A stretch of DNA of 64,000 bases from a phage: sequence record PV467748.1; one strand, 5' to 3'. Shown here in pieces: positions 51,174 to 61,398 of this stretch. The position numbers and the translations under genes were made by a program. The notes beneath the pieces are model-generated. The model was not told where the DNA came from, ran no database searches, and saw nothing but the letters and a program-made list of their open reading frames with translations. The first letter of the stretch is position 1. Each line of letters begins with the position of its first letter.

Positions 51174-54100
51174 ATGGCTACTTTAAAACAGATACAATTT
51201 AAAAGAAGTAAAGTAGCTGGTGTACGTCCTACGCCAGCGCAGTTGGCTGAAGGCGAGCTGGCTATTAACTTAAAAGACCGTTTGTTATTTACCAAAGATG
51301 ACACTGGAGCGATTATCGACCTTGGCTTTGCTAAAGGTGGTAATATTGACGGTAACGTTATTCATAATGGTAATTACAATCAAACCGGTGATTATACCCT
51401 GAATGGTACTTTTACCCAAACTGGTGATTTTAATTTAACAGGTATTGCTCGTGTAACTCGCGATATTATTGCCGCAGGTCAGATAATGACTGAAGGTGGA
51501 GAACTTATTTCTAAGAGTACCTCAACTTCTCACCTTCGTTTCTTTGATGGCAATGACCGTGAACGTGGCATTATCTTTTCTCCTAATAATGCAGGGGCAA
51601 CCAACCAAGTAGTTAATATTCGTGTACAAGATTATTCTACCGCAAGCGAAAGCACTTATGCATTTTCAGGCGCCGGTGTATTTTCTTCTCCTGTAGTTTT
51701 TGGATGGAAATCTGTATCAACTCCCGTAATTTATACTAATAAAGTTATTACAAATGGTAAAGTTGCCGGCGATTATGATATCTATTCATTGGCCGATAAT
51801 ACCCCATTGGCAGAAAGTGAAACAGCTATTAACCATCTCCGTGTTATGCGAAATGCTGTAGGCGCGGGTATATTTCACGAAGTTAAAGATAATGACGGAA
51901 TAACCTGGTATGCTGGAGATGGATTGGACGCTTATCTTTGGTCATTTACATGGTCAGGTGGATTGAAAGCCGGTCATTCTATTTCCGTAGGCACCCCAGG
52001 TAACTCTAAAGGATATTCTGAATTAGGAAATGCTTCAATTGCTCTTGGCGATAATGACACCGGGCTAAAATGGCATCAGGATGGATATTTCCATACAGTA
52101 AACAACGGCACGAGAACTTTCCTGTACAGCCCAGCAGAAACCACCAGTCTTAGAAAAATGGTTATGGGGTATTCTACTAACGGAACCGATTTAACTACTC
52201 CTCCTACTGAAAACTATGCTCTTGCTACTGTTGTTACTTACCATGATAATAACGCGTACGGTGACGGTCAAACTCTTTTAGGGTATTATCAAGGCGGTAA
52301 TTATCACCACTATTTCCGTGGTAAGGGCACTACAAACGTTAACACCGCTGGCGGTTTGTTAGTTACTCCTGGTAATATTGATGTTGTAGGTGGTTCGGTT
52401 AATATTGATGGTCGCAACAACGCTTCGACTCTTTTGTTCAGAGGAAATACAACAGGAAGTAGTTCAGTTGATAATATGACTATCAGCGTTTGGGGTAACA
52501 CCTTTACTAATGTCGCCGGTGACCGCAAAAACGTAATGGAAATATCTGATGCCGTTGGTTGGATGCATTATATTCAGCGTAAGACTGATAATACAGTCGA
52601 AGCCCATTTAAATGGCGGCATGAATGTAAACGAAAGCATCAACGTCGGCAGAGAAGTTAACGCCTCCGGCACTATTGCTGGTAATGCTGTCAATGCCCTT
52701 AGAATTTGGAACGACGACTACGGTGCCATTTTCCGCCGTTCAGAAAACAGTCTTCATATTATTCCTACTGCTTTTGGTGAAGGTAAAACCGGTGATATTG
52801 GCCCACTTCGTCCATTTAGTTTGGCTTTAGATACAGGTAAGGTCGTTATTCCTGACCTAGATTTGAGTTATGCTTCTTTTGCAGCAAACGGCTATATTAA
52901 ATTCGGTGGCCATGGTGCAGGCGCTGGTGGTTATGATATTCAATATGCACAAGCAGCTCCTGTTTTCCAAGAAATTGACGATGACGCGGTAAGTAAATAT
53001 TATCCTATTGTCAAGCAGAAATTCTTACAAGGAAAAGCTGTTTGGTCTTTAGGTACTGAAATTAATTCCGGTACTTTTGTTTTGCATCATTACAAAGAAG
53101 ACGGGACCCAAGGTCATACATCAAGATTTAATGCCGATGGTACAGTTAACTTCCCGGATAACGTACAGGTTGGTGGCGGTGAAGCTACTATTGGCAAAAA
53201 TGGTAACATCTGGTCTGATATCTGGAAAACGTTTACTTCTGCCGGTGATGTAACCAATCTTCTTGGTGCTGTCTATAGCCGTGTTTCTAAAGAAGGCGAC
53301 ACGATGACCGGCCGCTTAACTCTTAAAACCAACTCAGATGCTGTGGTTATTGATTATCCAGCAGATGAAGCGGGTTATGTTAAGGGTAAAAAAGGTGGTG
53401 CTGATAACTGGTATGTCGGTAACGGTGGTGCTGATAATGGTTTAGCCTTCTGGAGCTTCCAATCCCAAGGTGGTATTAATATTAACCCTAATGGCGAGGT
53501 TATTTTAGCCCCACAAGGTGTTGCAATGTTCAATATAAACCGCGACCGTATTCATATGAACGGTGCTAACTGGATTGCACATAAATCTGGTGCATGGGGT
53601 GACCAATGGGGTTTAGAAGCACCTTATTTCCTTGAGTTTGGTAGTGTGGGTGAAGACACTTATTATCCCATTATTAAAGGCCGATCTTTAATTAGTGGTC
53701 AGGGTTATACTACTTCTGTTGATTTAGGCATGCGTCGTACTCCACAAACATGGGGACAAGCGATAATTCGAGTAGGTAATGCCGAGGGTGGCGACGGTCC
53801 TGTAGGTATTTTCGAATTCCACTCTAGCGGTTTATTTTACGCCCCGACTTTAGTCCAGACTCCTGCCATTGGTGTTGGTACTGTTAACGGATTAGGCTCT
53901 CCTAGTATTGCTATCGGTGATAATGACACAGGATTATCACATGGTGGCGATGGACGAATTAATATGGTTGCCAATGGTATGCATATTGCATCTTGGGCTA
54001 GCTCTTACCATATCCATGAAGGTCTTTGGGATACCACTGGGGCCTTGTGGACTGAAACAGGAAGAGCTATTATTTCTTTTGGTCATTTAGTCCAACAAAA

Positions 54101-54476
54101 CGATAGCTATTCAACATTTGTTCGTGACGTTTATGTTCGTTCTGATATTCGTGTTAAAAAAGACCTTGTTAAATTTGAAAATGCTTCACAGACACTTTCA
54201 AAAATTAACGGTTACACTTATATGCAGAAACGTGGCCTAGATGAAGAAGGTAATCAGAAATGGGAACCTAACGCCGGTTTGATAGCTCAAGAAGTTCAAG
54301 CTATTTTACCAGAATTAGTTGAAGGTGACCCTGATGGTGAAGCTTTACTTCGTTTGAACTATAACGGTGTAATTGGTTTAAATACAGCTGCAATCAATGA
54401 GCATACTGCAGAAATTGCAGAATTGAAATCAGAGATTGAAGAACTTAAAGCATTAATTAAATCATTGTTAAAATAA
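51174..54476 (+). CDS. 37: Long tail fibre distal subunit gp37 with C-terminal intramolecular chaperone domain
   Basis: 1100 aa; position; C-terminal about 110 aa carries autoproteolysis-type motif SDIRVK (Ser990) and chaperone-domain-like helix. Confidence 0.85.
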   Translation: MATLKQIQFKRSKVAGVRPTPAQLAEGELAINLKDRLLFTKDDTGAIIDLGFAKGGNIDGNVIHNGNYNQTGDYTLNGTFTQTGDFNLTGIARVTRDIIAAGQIMTEGGELISKSTSTSHLRFFDGNDRERGIIFSPNNAGATNQVVNIRVQDYSTASESTYAFSGAGVFSSPVVFGWKSVSTPVIYTNKVITNGKVAGDYDIYSLADNTPLAESETAINHLRVMRNAVGAGIFHEVKDNDGITWYAGDGLDAYLWSFTWSGGLKAGHSISVGTPGNSKGYSELGNASIALGDNDTGLKWHQDGYFHTVNNGTRTFLYSPAETTSLRKMVMGYSTNGTDLTTPPTENYALATVVTYHDNNAYGDGQTLLGYYQGGNYHHYFRGKGTTNVNTAGGLLVTPGNIDVVGGSVNIDGRNNASTLLFRGNTTGSSSVDNMTISVWGNTFTNVAGDRKNVMEISDAVGWMHYIQRKTDNTVEAHLNGGMNVNESINVGREVNASGTIAGNAVNALRIWNDDYGAIFRRSENSLHIIPTAFGEGKTGDIGPLRPFSLALDTGKVVIPDLDLSYASFAANGYIKFGGHGAGAGGYDIQYAQAAPVFQEIDDDAVSKYYPIVKQKFLQGKAVWSLGTEINSGTFVLHHYKEDGTQGHTSRFNADGTVNFPDNVQVGGGEATIGKNGNIWSDIWKTFTSAGDVTNLLGAVYSRVSKEGDTMTGRLTLKTNSDAVVIDYPADEAGYVKGKKGGADNWYVGNGGADNGLAFWSFQSQGGININPNGEVILAPQGVAMFNINRDRIHMNGANWIAHKSGAWGDQWGLEAPYFLEFGSVGEDTYYPIIKGRSLISGQGYTTSVDLGMRRTPQTWGQAIIRVGNAEGGDGPVGIFEFHSSGLFYAPTLVQTPAIGVGTVNGLGSPSIAIGDNDTGLSHGGDGRINMVANGMHIASWASSYHIHEGLWDTTGALWTETGRAIISFGHLVQQNDSYSTFVRDVYVRSDIRVKKDLVKFENASQTLSKINGYTYMQKRGLDEEGNQKWEPNAGLIAQEVQAILPELVEGDPDGEALLRLNYNGVIGLNTAAINEHTAEIAELKSEIEELKALIKSLLK

Positions 54477-54480
54477 TAAG

Positions 54481-54496
54481 AGGGGCTTCGGCCCCT
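54481..54496 (+). promoter_or_regulatory. Intercistronic hairpin aggggc-UUCG-gcccct between genes 37 and 38
   Basis: 6 bp stem with UUCG loop immediately upstream of GGAGG RBS of gene 38. Confidence 0.45.
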
Positions 54497-54507
54497 TGGA
54501 GGTTTAT

Positions 54508-55305
54508 ATGGCAGTAGCAGGACCGTGGATAGGAACTTCTGCATTAGCTAATACAGGACAAAATTGGATGGGCGGCGCTGCCCAACGATTGAGAATGGGC
54601 GCCCCGTTTTGGATGAGTAATATGAACGGTCGGTCTGTTGAAGTAATTCATACCATAACAGCAAACCATAACTTTAACGGGCAATGGTTCCGCGACCGCT
54701 GTTTTGAAGCAGGCAGCGCACCTATTGTGTTTAATATCACAGGCGATATAGTATCTTACGACCGTAATGTTCCATTGTTCTTTATGAATGCGGATACTCC
54801 AAACGAATACGTTGTTTTGAATATTCATGGTGGGGTTCATATGTGGGGCCGAGGCGGCCACGGTGGGTGGACCCATTCAGGTGGCGACGGTAACGGTCAA
54901 TGGGGTGGTGATTGTATAGTCAACCACATAGGTCATAGACTACGTATTTGGAACTATGGGGTTATCTGTGGTGGTGGCGGTGGCGGTGGTGGCATTGCGT
55001 ATCGTCCTCACTCAGGTGCTAACTGGCAAGATATCGGTGGTGGTGGTGGACGTCCATTTGGTCCTGGTGGCGGTGGTGGATACTCCGGCGGTGGTGCTTC
55101 TTATGAAAGCCCCGGCGGTGGATACAATTATGGTAACGCCCACTCAGGTCATGGCGGTGATGCTGGCGCCGCAGGCCAGAACGCATGGAATGATGGTGGT
55201 AAAGTTCTTAAAGTTGGGGCCGGCGGCGGTTCTGGGGCTGCTGTCGCCGGTTCTGCTCCTGCATGGGGAGCGACAGGTACGATTTACGGGCCTTGGCTTA
55301 GTTAA
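54508..55305 (+). CDS. 38: T2-type gp38 receptor-recognising adhesin (glycine-rich motifs)
   Basis: Start at Met5 after GGAGG RBS; conserved N-terminal attachment domain ([27 protein letters not shown]), poly-Gly motifs [22 protein letters not shown] alternating with variable segments. Confidence 0.85.
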   Translation: MAVAGPWIGTSALANTGQNWMGGAAQRLRMGAPFWMSNMNGRSVEVIHTITANHNFNGQWFRDRCFEAGSAPIVFNITGDIVSYDRNVPLFFMNADTPNEYVVLNIHGGVHMWGRGGHGGWTHSGGDGNGQWGGDCIVNHIGHRLRIWNYGVICGGGGGGGGIAYRPHSGANWQDIGGGGGRPFGPGGGGGYSGGGASYESPGGGYNYGNAHSGHGGDAGAAGQNAWNDGGKVLKVGAGGGSGAAVAGSAPAWGATGTIYGPWLS

Positions 55306-55310
55306 GAACT

Positions 55311-55318
55311 TATAAATA
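55311..55318 (+). promoter_or_regulatory. T4 late promoter TATAAATA upstream of t
   Basis: Exact TATAAATA about 19 nt upstream of holin ATG, then AAGGAG RBS. Confidence 0.6.
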
Positions 55319-55336
55319 TCTTTAAAGGAGAAAAGT

Positions 55337-55990
55337 ATGGAACCAAAAGTAGGATTTTCATTATCAGACCTACTTTTTGGACTTCTTGATAGAATTTTTA
55401 AAGATACTTCTTCCGGGAAAGTAGTTTTTTCCCGGGTCCTAGTCGTGATATTATTGTTCTTTATGGCACTGGTTTGGTATAAAGGCGAGTATATTCTAAA
55501 CTTTTACAAAGAGACAACTTATGCCTCTTATACTGAAATGATTAGACAAGACCAGGACAATAGATTTAAAATTGCGGCTATCGAGCAGCTCCGAATAGTG
55601 CATTCTTCTTCAGGCGCAGACTTCACAGCAATATATTCTTTTAGACCAACCAACATGAATTATTTTGTGGATATGGTTGCTTACGAGGGTAAATTACCGG
55701 AAACGGTAGACGCAAAAAATACGGGAGGGTTTCCAATTGACAAAACGTCAGTAGAATATATGGCGGGAGTTAACGGGAACTATTTTGAATCAAGTACAGA
55801 AACTGTATTCCTTCCTACAAAGAAGAAAACACAATTCACGTATATGTTTTCATGCCCGTTTTTTAATTTGGATAACGTCTACGCCGGCTCGATATCGTTG
55901 TACTGGTATGATATCAAACCGGATTTAGGATTTCCTAGACTTTCGTCTATGTGCGGTCAAGCCGGAAGGACATTAGGTCGAACTCGTTAA
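55337..55990 (+). CDS. t: Holin T
   Basis: 217 aa; single N-terminal TMD (VLVVILLFFMALVWY) and large periplasmic domain; collinear with recalled T4 T. Confidence 0.9.
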   Translation: MEPKVGFSLSDLLFGLLDRIFKDTSSGKVVFSRVLVVILLFFMALVWYKGEYILNFYKETTYASYTEMIRQDQDNRFKIAAIEQLRIVHSSSGADFTAIYSFRPTNMNYFVDMVAYEGKLPETVDAKNTGGFPIDKTSVEYMAGVNGNYFESSTETVFLPTKKKTQFTYMFSCPFFNLDNVYAGSISLYWYDIKPDLGFPRLSSMCGQAGRTLGRTR

Positions 55991-56262
55991 AAATTGGAGG
56001 TATACATCATTAGATAGCGGTGTATATCTTCATACCCTTCATTAAATTGCTCAATAAGAGTGTCACGTTCATCTTCAGTTAAAGACTTAAAGAGTTTATT
56101 AAAAGATAGACCGTTAAGTTCCTTTCCATGTTCATTACGAATACCCAACTCATTCAAAAAGGCAATAAACTCATCACGGCGTTGCATTATGTCTTCACAA
56201 TCCGTTTTAATCAAAATGGAAACAATAGTAGCAATTTCGGAAACGATTTCAATTTTAGTCAT
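55987..56262 (-). CDS. asiA: AsiA anti-sigma70 factor
   Basis: 91 aa; ...IVSILIK...FIAFLNE...EQFNEGYEDIHRYLMMYT parallels recalled T4 AsiA. Confidence 0.85.
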   Translation of the reverse strand: MTKIEIVSEIATIVSILIKTDCEDIMQRRDEFIAFLNELGIRNEHGKELNGLSFNKLFKSLTEDERDTLIEQFNEGYEDIHRYLMMYTSNF

Positions 56263-56301
56263 AATATTCTCTTCAATTCAGTACGACATTATCTGATAAG
56301 G

Positions 56302-56333
56302 CTATAATAACATATCCTTAGTAATTGTAAACA
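56302..56333 (-). promoter_or_regulatory. T4-type early promoter (minus) for asiA
   Basis: rc reads GTTTACAattactaaggatatgtTATTAT. Confidence 0.5.
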
Positions 56334-56476
56334 TGTTCTTCGTTCTTTTTAACATATTCCTGATACATTTCTTCAATAGGTTCCTGGAACCTAAAATCGG
56401 CTCCTAGGAATTCCTCAAAGCACTCCTGCTCACGCGTACGCATACCTGTTACGGTATTCTCTAAGTTATGACTCAT
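56318..56476 (-). CDS. Small acidic protein, 52 aa (not in ORF track)
   Basis: Hand-translated MSHNLENTVTGMRTREQECFEEFLGADFRFQEPIEEMYQEYVKKNEEHVYNY. Confidence 0.3.
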   Translation of the reverse strand: MSHNLENTVTGMRTREQECFEEFLGADFRFQEPIEEMYQEYVKKNEEHVYNY

Positions 56477-56565
56477 ATCCTTTACCCTTATGTTTCTGCT
56501 TACGCTTAGACTCTTTAAAATTTTTCTTCTTATCTTTATGGACCGAAGCCTTATTGAAATCGTGC

Positions 56566-56850
56566 TTAGCTACCAGATTGTTCATCACGTAATTTCCTTA
56601 ATTGATATTCAAGAGAGCTAATAATTTCTTTATTAGTCGCAATATACATATCACGTAGGAACGGCTTCAACCCTTCCATATTCCCATGGATTGTCTTGGA
56701 ACTAATATTCTTTATATATTCATGGTCTAATGCATCCCAAGCTGGTTGGTTGACATAAGTTCCCCAATTATCTTCCACCGTGACATTCAGACGTTTGATA
56801 TGATTGATATGGGTTTCGATTGCATCAATTTGGAGTTGTTTAAGGTTCAT
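56566..56850 (-). CDS. Hypothetical protein (arn region), 94 aa
   Basis: ORF between asiA and motA. Confidence 0.45.
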   Translation of the reverse strand: MNLKQLQIDAIETHINHIKRLNVTVEDNWGTYVNQPAWDALDHEYIKNISSKTIHGNMEGLKPFLRDMYIATNKEIISSLEYQLRKLRDEQSGS

Positions 56851-57338
56851 TAATAAAGGTCCTCAGAGTAAAGTTCTTTTTCACTACCACCACGTTCAAT
56901 ACGAACCTGATTAGCATATGTTGCAATTACCATTGCTTCTTCACGAGTCCAATAGTTTGAATATTGGTCAATAAAACCTTGGTCATCGCCGCAAACATGC
57001 TCTGACACAAGTTTATCACTTACTTGGTCAAGCACTTCTGCCATATCTTTAGAATAATGGCGAGCTCCTGGAATAACTAGAGTCCCACCGTCTTTTAACT
57101 TAAAACGGTTGGCCGCGCATACAATTCGACGTTGGTATTTTTCATTGTTGTTCCAATAGGCAATCTGCCAACAGATTTCTGGGACTTCATTCAAAACATC
57201 CTCTTCTGTATATTCAGTATAATCGCCATAGGCCTGTAATTTAGCTGCTAGACTTTCAGGCGTCTCGCGAGAAAGAGCTTTATCTAACAAGGCCATTCGG
57301 TCTTTGAAGGATAATTCTTTACCTTTTAATGGATTCAT
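56850..57338 (-). CDS. Hypothetical protein (arn.x region), 162 aa from Met4
   Basis: ORF; conserved-looking core [27 protein letters not shown]. Confidence 0.45.
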   Translation of the reverse strand: MNPLKGKELSFKDRMALLDKALSRETPESLAAKLQAYGDYTEYTEEDVLNEVPEICWQIAYWNNNEKYQRRIVCAANRFKLKDGGTLVIPGARHYSKDMAEVLDQVSDKLVSEHVCGDDQGFIDQYSNYWTREEAMVIATYANQVRIERGGSEKELYSEDLY

Positions 57339-57664
57339 TTGAACCATCCTTTAACACGTTGCCAGAGGCTTTTCTGTTGGGCTTTATTAACACCAATTGA
57401 ACGAATAACCGGCTGTGATTCCTGGTATTCTTTGTAGTCGGCTTTATAGACTTCATAAGCGGCTGGAACAAAGGTGCTGATTGCTGCCATAAAGTTCTTA
57501 CGAATTCCCATAGAAGCTTCAGAACCGCCACGGATGATTAAGTATTTACCTGCTTTAATCTTAACAATAGTGCCGAGATAAGCGCCATGGTACCAAATAT
57601 CCCAACCTTCTTGAGTAGGTTCTGCACAACGACGAAGTTCATTAACAATATTCAGCTTGTTCAT
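57335..57664 (-). CDS. Hypothetical protein (arn.x region), 109 aa
   Basis: ORF immediately downstream of motA. Confidence 0.45.
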   Translation of the reverse strand: MNKLNIVNELRRCAEPTQEGWDIWYHGAYLGTIVKIKAGKYLIIRGGSEASMGIRKNFMAAISTFVPAAYEVYKADYKEYQESQPVIRSIGVNKAQQKSLWQRVKGWFK

Positions 57665-57682
57665 AATAATTTCCTCAGTCAG

Positions 57683-58315
57683 TTAAATTGCGTTGGTTAC
57701 GGTTTTGATAACTTCAGATGATACGTTTTGGAAGTCGATATAAGTATTCTTACCGCCAGTCTTAATCTTAACATCAAGGTTCAAGGAAGTAAACACTTGT
57801 TTTTCTTTATCAGTCATATTATAACCGAAAATACGCATCATTCCGTCACGACGGACTTCGATTTGACGAATACCATTGGTACGTTTAGCGAATCGAACTT
57901 CAAGATTGCTACGGTTTTCGGCAATTTCACGAATCTCGATACGGTCTTCCAACAAAGATTTAACTTCATCAGCCAATACCACCATTTCAGGAGTAACACC
58001 ACGTGAGCTACGCGTTTTACGTTTTTCCAACATCTCTGGAGCATTTTCAGAAGCGAACAGGTCGGCAGCTTTTTGAACTAGGTCCATTGCTTCACCTGTA
58101 GCCACCAGTCCATCACCAGATTTTTCGATGAATCCTTTCTTAATCAATACACCGATGTTAGAGTTAACCACTGCTGCAGTGAATTGCTCACTCAGGGCTT
58201 CACGGACTTCGCCTGAAGTGATGAAGTTATTCTTGATGATATGTACTAAGATAGAAGCGGTTTTTTCATTCAGGACGTCTTCAGAAGCTTTGATGATGTA
58301 AGTAATTTTAGACAT
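57683..58315 (-). CDS. motA: MotA middle-transcription activator
   Basis: 210 aa; MSKITYIIKASEDVLNEKTASIL..., NSNIGVLIKKGFIEKSGDGL, RTNGIRQIEV..MRIFGY parallel recalled T4 MotA. Confidence 0.9.
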   Translation of the reverse strand: MSKITYIIKASEDVLNEKTASILVHIIKNNFITSGEVREALSEQFTAAVVNSNIGVLIKKGFIEKSGDGLVATGEAMDLVQKAADLFASENAPEMLEKRKTRSSRGVTPEMVVLADEVKSLLEDRIEIREIAENRSNLEVRFAKRTNGIRQIEVRRDGMMRIFGYNMTDKEKQVFTSLNLDVKIKTGGKNTYIDFQNVSSEVIKTVTNAI

Positions 58316-58348
58316 TTTAATCTCCGATAACCGTTTATTTGATAGGTC

Positions 58349-58380
58349 TTATAGTATCATGTTTAAAGCAGAAGTAAACA
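58349..58380 (-). promoter_or_regulatory. T4-type early promoter (minus) for motA
   Basis: rc reads GTTTACttctgctttaaacatgaTACTAT. Confidence 0.5.
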
Positions 58381-58403
58381 CCTTTTTGCACTAAACCAAA
58401 AAA

Positions 58404-58419
58404 GGAACCCGAAGGTTCC
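58404..58419 (-). terminator. Hairpin ggaacc-UUCG-gguucc plus U-run downstream of gene 52 operon
   Basis: 6 bp stem, UUCG loop, followed by UUUUUUGG on minus-strand RNA. Confidence 0.55.
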
Positions 58420-58524
58420 TTACTTTTTAAAGTGGGCTGCTATTAAACCTATAGCTAAGCCTGTCGCCAGGCCTAGGATAACAACAAAGATGCAGAGTAA
58501 AAAGAACTCGACTCCAAGGCTCAT
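58420..58524 (-). CDS. Small hydrophobic peptide, 34 aa (not in ORF track)
   Basis: Hand-translated MSLGVEFFLLCIFVVILGLATGLAIGLIAAHFKK; ATG overlaps gene 52 stop (ATGA). Confidence 0.35.
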   Translation of the reverse strand: MSLGVEFFLLCIFVVILGLATGLAIGLIAAHFKK

Positions 58525-59900
58525 AGAGCCTCCAAATCTTTAACATACTCAGTTACAACATCAGTGGTTTTCCAATATTGATGCTCTTCTTTCTTAGCCT
58601 TGGCTTCTAAGGCCAATTTCTTAGCTTCATCTGATGTGATATGGAAAATGTTCATGGCTACTAGTTTATCAGCATACTCGCCGTAGACTTTATTACTAGC
58701 CAATTCTTCGGTTAAAACCTTACGGGTCTTACCTTGGATAACCACTACGCCATCAATAACATCTTTGATAAATGTGGCTTTAGCCAATGCCAGTTTGAAA
58801 GCTTCTTCAGTTTCGATGATTTTACCATCAATACGTTTCTGTACAAAGGTCTTACGGACCTCAACGAAATCACGAATCAGTTCAACTGCATCTTCGTAAA
58901 CCTTAAGTTTACCTTTCTCATTAATGACAGTCAGGTTTTGTGAACGGCGTTCGATTAACCCGAAGTCCTTCATGATTTTTTCGTGCTTCTTATTTTCTTC
59001 GGTAGGCAATTCATATTCTTTACGAATCTTAACCTTGAAGCCGAAACCGTTCTCGTCACAGTCGTCATCATACGTGATATACCCTTTGTCTTCCAGAGGG
59101 TCTAATATCTTAGCCACGTACGTTTCACGGTCGTATTTGTATGGGATTTCCGTGATATGCATTTGGGTTCGAGATGTGAACTTATAGGTTCCACGAATCT
59201 CATAACTACCAGGTTCAATCTCAACAACATCACCGCGGAATTCAGGATAAGCCACTTTAGGTTTGGTTACGCGTTTTTTCTGAAGAACTTGCAATACAGC
59301 TTTCTTAACAGAATCAAAACTATGAGGAAGAATATTAGTTGCATAACCAGTTGCAATACCGGAAACACCATTAAGAAGAACAGTAGGAATAATAGGCAGA
59401 TAAAAAGCCGGTGGCTTATGTTCAACATCCGCATGAACCGGAGCATATTCTGTGTCCTTATACACCTTAGCAAAGTTACTTCCAATACGAGCAAAAATAT
59501 AACGAGAGGCCGCGGCCTTTTGAACCAAACGAGAACCAAAGTTACCTTGGCCATCCAACAGTGGGAAATTGTTGTTCCATGTGTTGGCCATAAGTGCACC
59601 AGCTTCCTGAGCAGAACCTTCGCCATGGTGGTATCCAAGGTCGGCTACGCCGCCAGCGATAGAAGCGAGTTTGTGGAATTTTTCTTTATTACCACGAGCC
59701 ATATCAAGACAACGAGCAACTACAAAACGTTGTACGGGTTTAAAGCCATCAATCATATTCGGAATGGCTCGGTTTTCGACAGTATACATTGCATAAGCCA
59801 ATGCTTCATTGTCGATAATACTTTTTAAGTCACGACGAGTAAAAGTATCATCGTAAACATCTAAAGCCTGTTTAAAAAGGGTATCAATTACATCAGCCAT
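58521..59900 (-). CDS. 52: DNA topoisomerase II medium subunit gp52
   Basis: 459 aa; GyrA/ParC-like N-terminus (AIPNMIDGFKPVQRFV) with catalytic Tyr region. Confidence 0.9.
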   Translation of the reverse strand: MADVIDTLFKQALDVYDDTFTRRDLKSIIDNEALAYAMYTVENRAIPNMIDGFKPVQRFVVARCLDMARGNKEKFHKLASIAGGVADLGYHHGEGSAQEAGALMANTWNNNFPLLDGQGNFGSRLVQKAAASRYIFARIGSNFAKVYKDTEYAPVHADVEHKPPAFYLPIIPTVLLNGVSGIATGYATNILPHSFDSVKKAVLQVLQKKRVTKPKVAYPEFRGDVVEIEPGSYEIRGTYKFTSRTQMHITEIPYKYDRETYVAKILDPLEDKGYITYDDDCDENGFGFKVKIRKEYELPTEENKKHEKIMKDFGLIERRSQNLTVINEKGKLKVYEDAVELIRDFVEVRKTFVQKRIDGKIIETEEAFKLALAKATFIKDVIDGVVVIQGKTRKVLTEELASNKVYGEYADKLVAMNIFHITSDEAKKLALEAKAKKEEHQYWKTTDVVTEYVKDLEAL

Positions 59901-59904
59901 AATT

Positions 59905-60045
59905 TTACCATACTAGTGAATGAATAGCCATAATAACATCGGAAATAAAAAGCACAACTTGGATAAGTCCGAACATTACTCCATAATACAGCGCTACTAA
60001 TAAAGCAGCAAGGGCTAACGAGTAGCCCAGGATTTGTTTAATCAT
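59905..60045 (-). CDS. Small membrane peptide, 46 aa (not in ORF track)
   Basis: Hand-translated MIKQILGYSLALAALLVALYYGVMFGLIQVVLFISDVIMAIHSLVW; start overlaps upstream stop. Confidence 0.35.
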   Translation of the reverse strand: MIKQILGYSLALAALLVALYYGVMFGLIQVVLFISDVIMAIHSLVW

Positions 60046-60206
60046 TTCTTGACCAAGGCTTCCAGAAATTTAACGATTGCATCAATTACGAACCAAGTGC
60101 AAATAAATCCAACAGCGAAAGGACCTGGAACCCACACACCAGCAGCAAAAAGGGTTACCCACACAATAACAATCACGAGCCAGATAAAAGTATAAATCGG
60201 TAGCAT
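60042..60206 (-). CDS. Small membrane protein, 54 aa, possibly ac-like (not in ORF track)
   Basis: Hand-translated MLPIYTFIWLVIVIVWVTLFAAGVWVPGPFAVGFICTWFVIDAIVKFLEALVKK; GAGGA RBS; UUCG hairpin (60220..60233) upstream. Confidence 0.4.
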   Translation of the reverse strand: MLPIYTFIWLVIVIVWVTLFAAGVWVPGPFAVGFICTWFVIDAIVKFLEALVKK

Positions 60207-60293
60207 AATTTCCTCACAAGCGTCCGAAGACGCCTTTAGTTTTAAGATTGTTACGATAGAACTGCATCACATGTTCGTTATGGAAATTACTCA

Positions 60294-60743
60294 TTAGTAA
60301 GCCTGCAGGATGAATTTAAAGTTATCAGCCAACATACGGTTCATTTCTTCCAGGGTCTGGAAGTCGGAACTATGATTGCGAGTGAAAGCCATTGCAATTT
60401 GACCCTTACCAAAACCTGTAGTCAGAGGTTTCATTTTAGAAGCCGGCACATAAAGAACTTCGTACACTACACCGTTCACTGCCATAGTGCGAGCTGATTG
60501 AGAACGTTTCTTACGAATGTTAGCCACAATACCATCAAGACCTTGAGCTGAACGTTGATTACCGACATAAAAACGAGCAGCTACGACACGGGAATCAGCG
60601 CCACCTTTAACAAAGAAGTAGAAGCCTGGTTGAGCAGAGATTTCTTTAGAAGGTTTACCATTTTGGTATTCACCATTCTTAACATAAGCAACAGTAGTAG
60701 CACCAGCAGACAGAACGTTACGGCGAGTCATATAAGTATTCAT
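60294..60743 (-). CDS. ndd: Ndd nucleoid disruption protein
   Basis: 149 aa; [35 protein letters not shown]-term [20 protein letters not shown] parallel recalled T4 Ndd. Confidence 0.9.
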
Positions 60744-60790
60744 ATCAATTTCCTCAGTAGATTAATGTTTTGTTATCCAGTCAACGAGAA

Positions 60791-60822
60791 CCATTATAAC
60801 ATGATTCTCGAGGTTGTAAACT
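60791..60822 (-). promoter_or_regulatory. T4-type early promoter (minus) for ndd
   Basis: rc reads GTTTACAacctcgagaatcatgtTATAAT. Confidence 0.55.
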
Positions 60823-61165
60823 ATTTTTGTAGCTGTTCTAAAATAAATCCGCTCGTATAAAAGGAAGCATTATAAACCTTGTTCAGAGGGTTCAAAGCAC
60901 GTCCGTATGTATCCTGCAATTCTTTGATAACATTTTCATAACTCACGTAGTAAGCACTATGATAACCAGGGTCCATGCTCATACGGAATTTGATGAACCG
61001 ATAAAAACCTGTATCCGGGTCTTGAACGAAAACGAAATCCGCGCTTGCCATAGTTTTTGGATTTACGCCAGGAATCATACTTTGATTGAATGCTGCCGTT
61101 GCCTCCTGAAGGCTGAGTTGTTTAAAGAACATAACTTTAGAGTTACCAAAAAATACTTTAGACAT
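60821..61165 (-). CDS. Hypothetical protein (ndd.x), about 114 aa
   Basis: ORF track 60821..61189; Met9 start likely. Confidence 0.4.
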   Translation of the reverse strand: MSKVFFGNSKVMFFKQLSLQEATAAFNQSMIPGVNPKTMASADFVFVQDPDTGFYRFIKFRMSMDPGYHSAYYVSYENVIKELQDTYGRALNPLNKVYNASFYTSGFILEQLQK

Positions 61166-61175
61166 AATAATTTCC

Positions 61176-61388
61176 TTATTCAGCGTCAACAGAAATAGCC
61201 ATCAGCTCATCAACGGTAAGGCACTGTACACTTGGTCCTACACAAAAGCGCTTAGTTGAATCATAAAGGTCTGTAGCATTTACGGGTTGCAATTCAGTAC
61301 CAACTTGCAAAGGAGAAATGCGAATCAGTTGTTGGCCGTTATGTAATACAAAGCTCTCACCAACTACGACATCTTTAAAAAGTTTCAT
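61176..61388 (-). CDS. Hypothetical protein (ndd.x), 70 aa
   Basis: ORF track start is a TTG; internal ATG (MKLFKDVVV...) has GAGGA RBS. Confidence 0.4.
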   Translation of the reverse strand: MKLFKDVVVGESFVLHNGQQLIRISPLQVGTELQPVNATDLYDSTKRFCVGPSVQCLTVDELMAISVDAE

Positions 61389-61398
61389 AATATTTTCC

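Noticed and set aside
54955-55260. Tandem GGT/GGC codon repeats that resemble a simple-sequence or CRISPR-like repeat
   Set aside because: The repeats are in frame within gp38 and encode the poly-glycine motifs of the adhesin; there are no spacer/repeat units or cas genes.
57319-57531. 70 aa ORF overlapping the 109 aa and 162 aa genes
   Set aside because: It lies entirely within two better-supported ORFs in another frame and has no independent start context.
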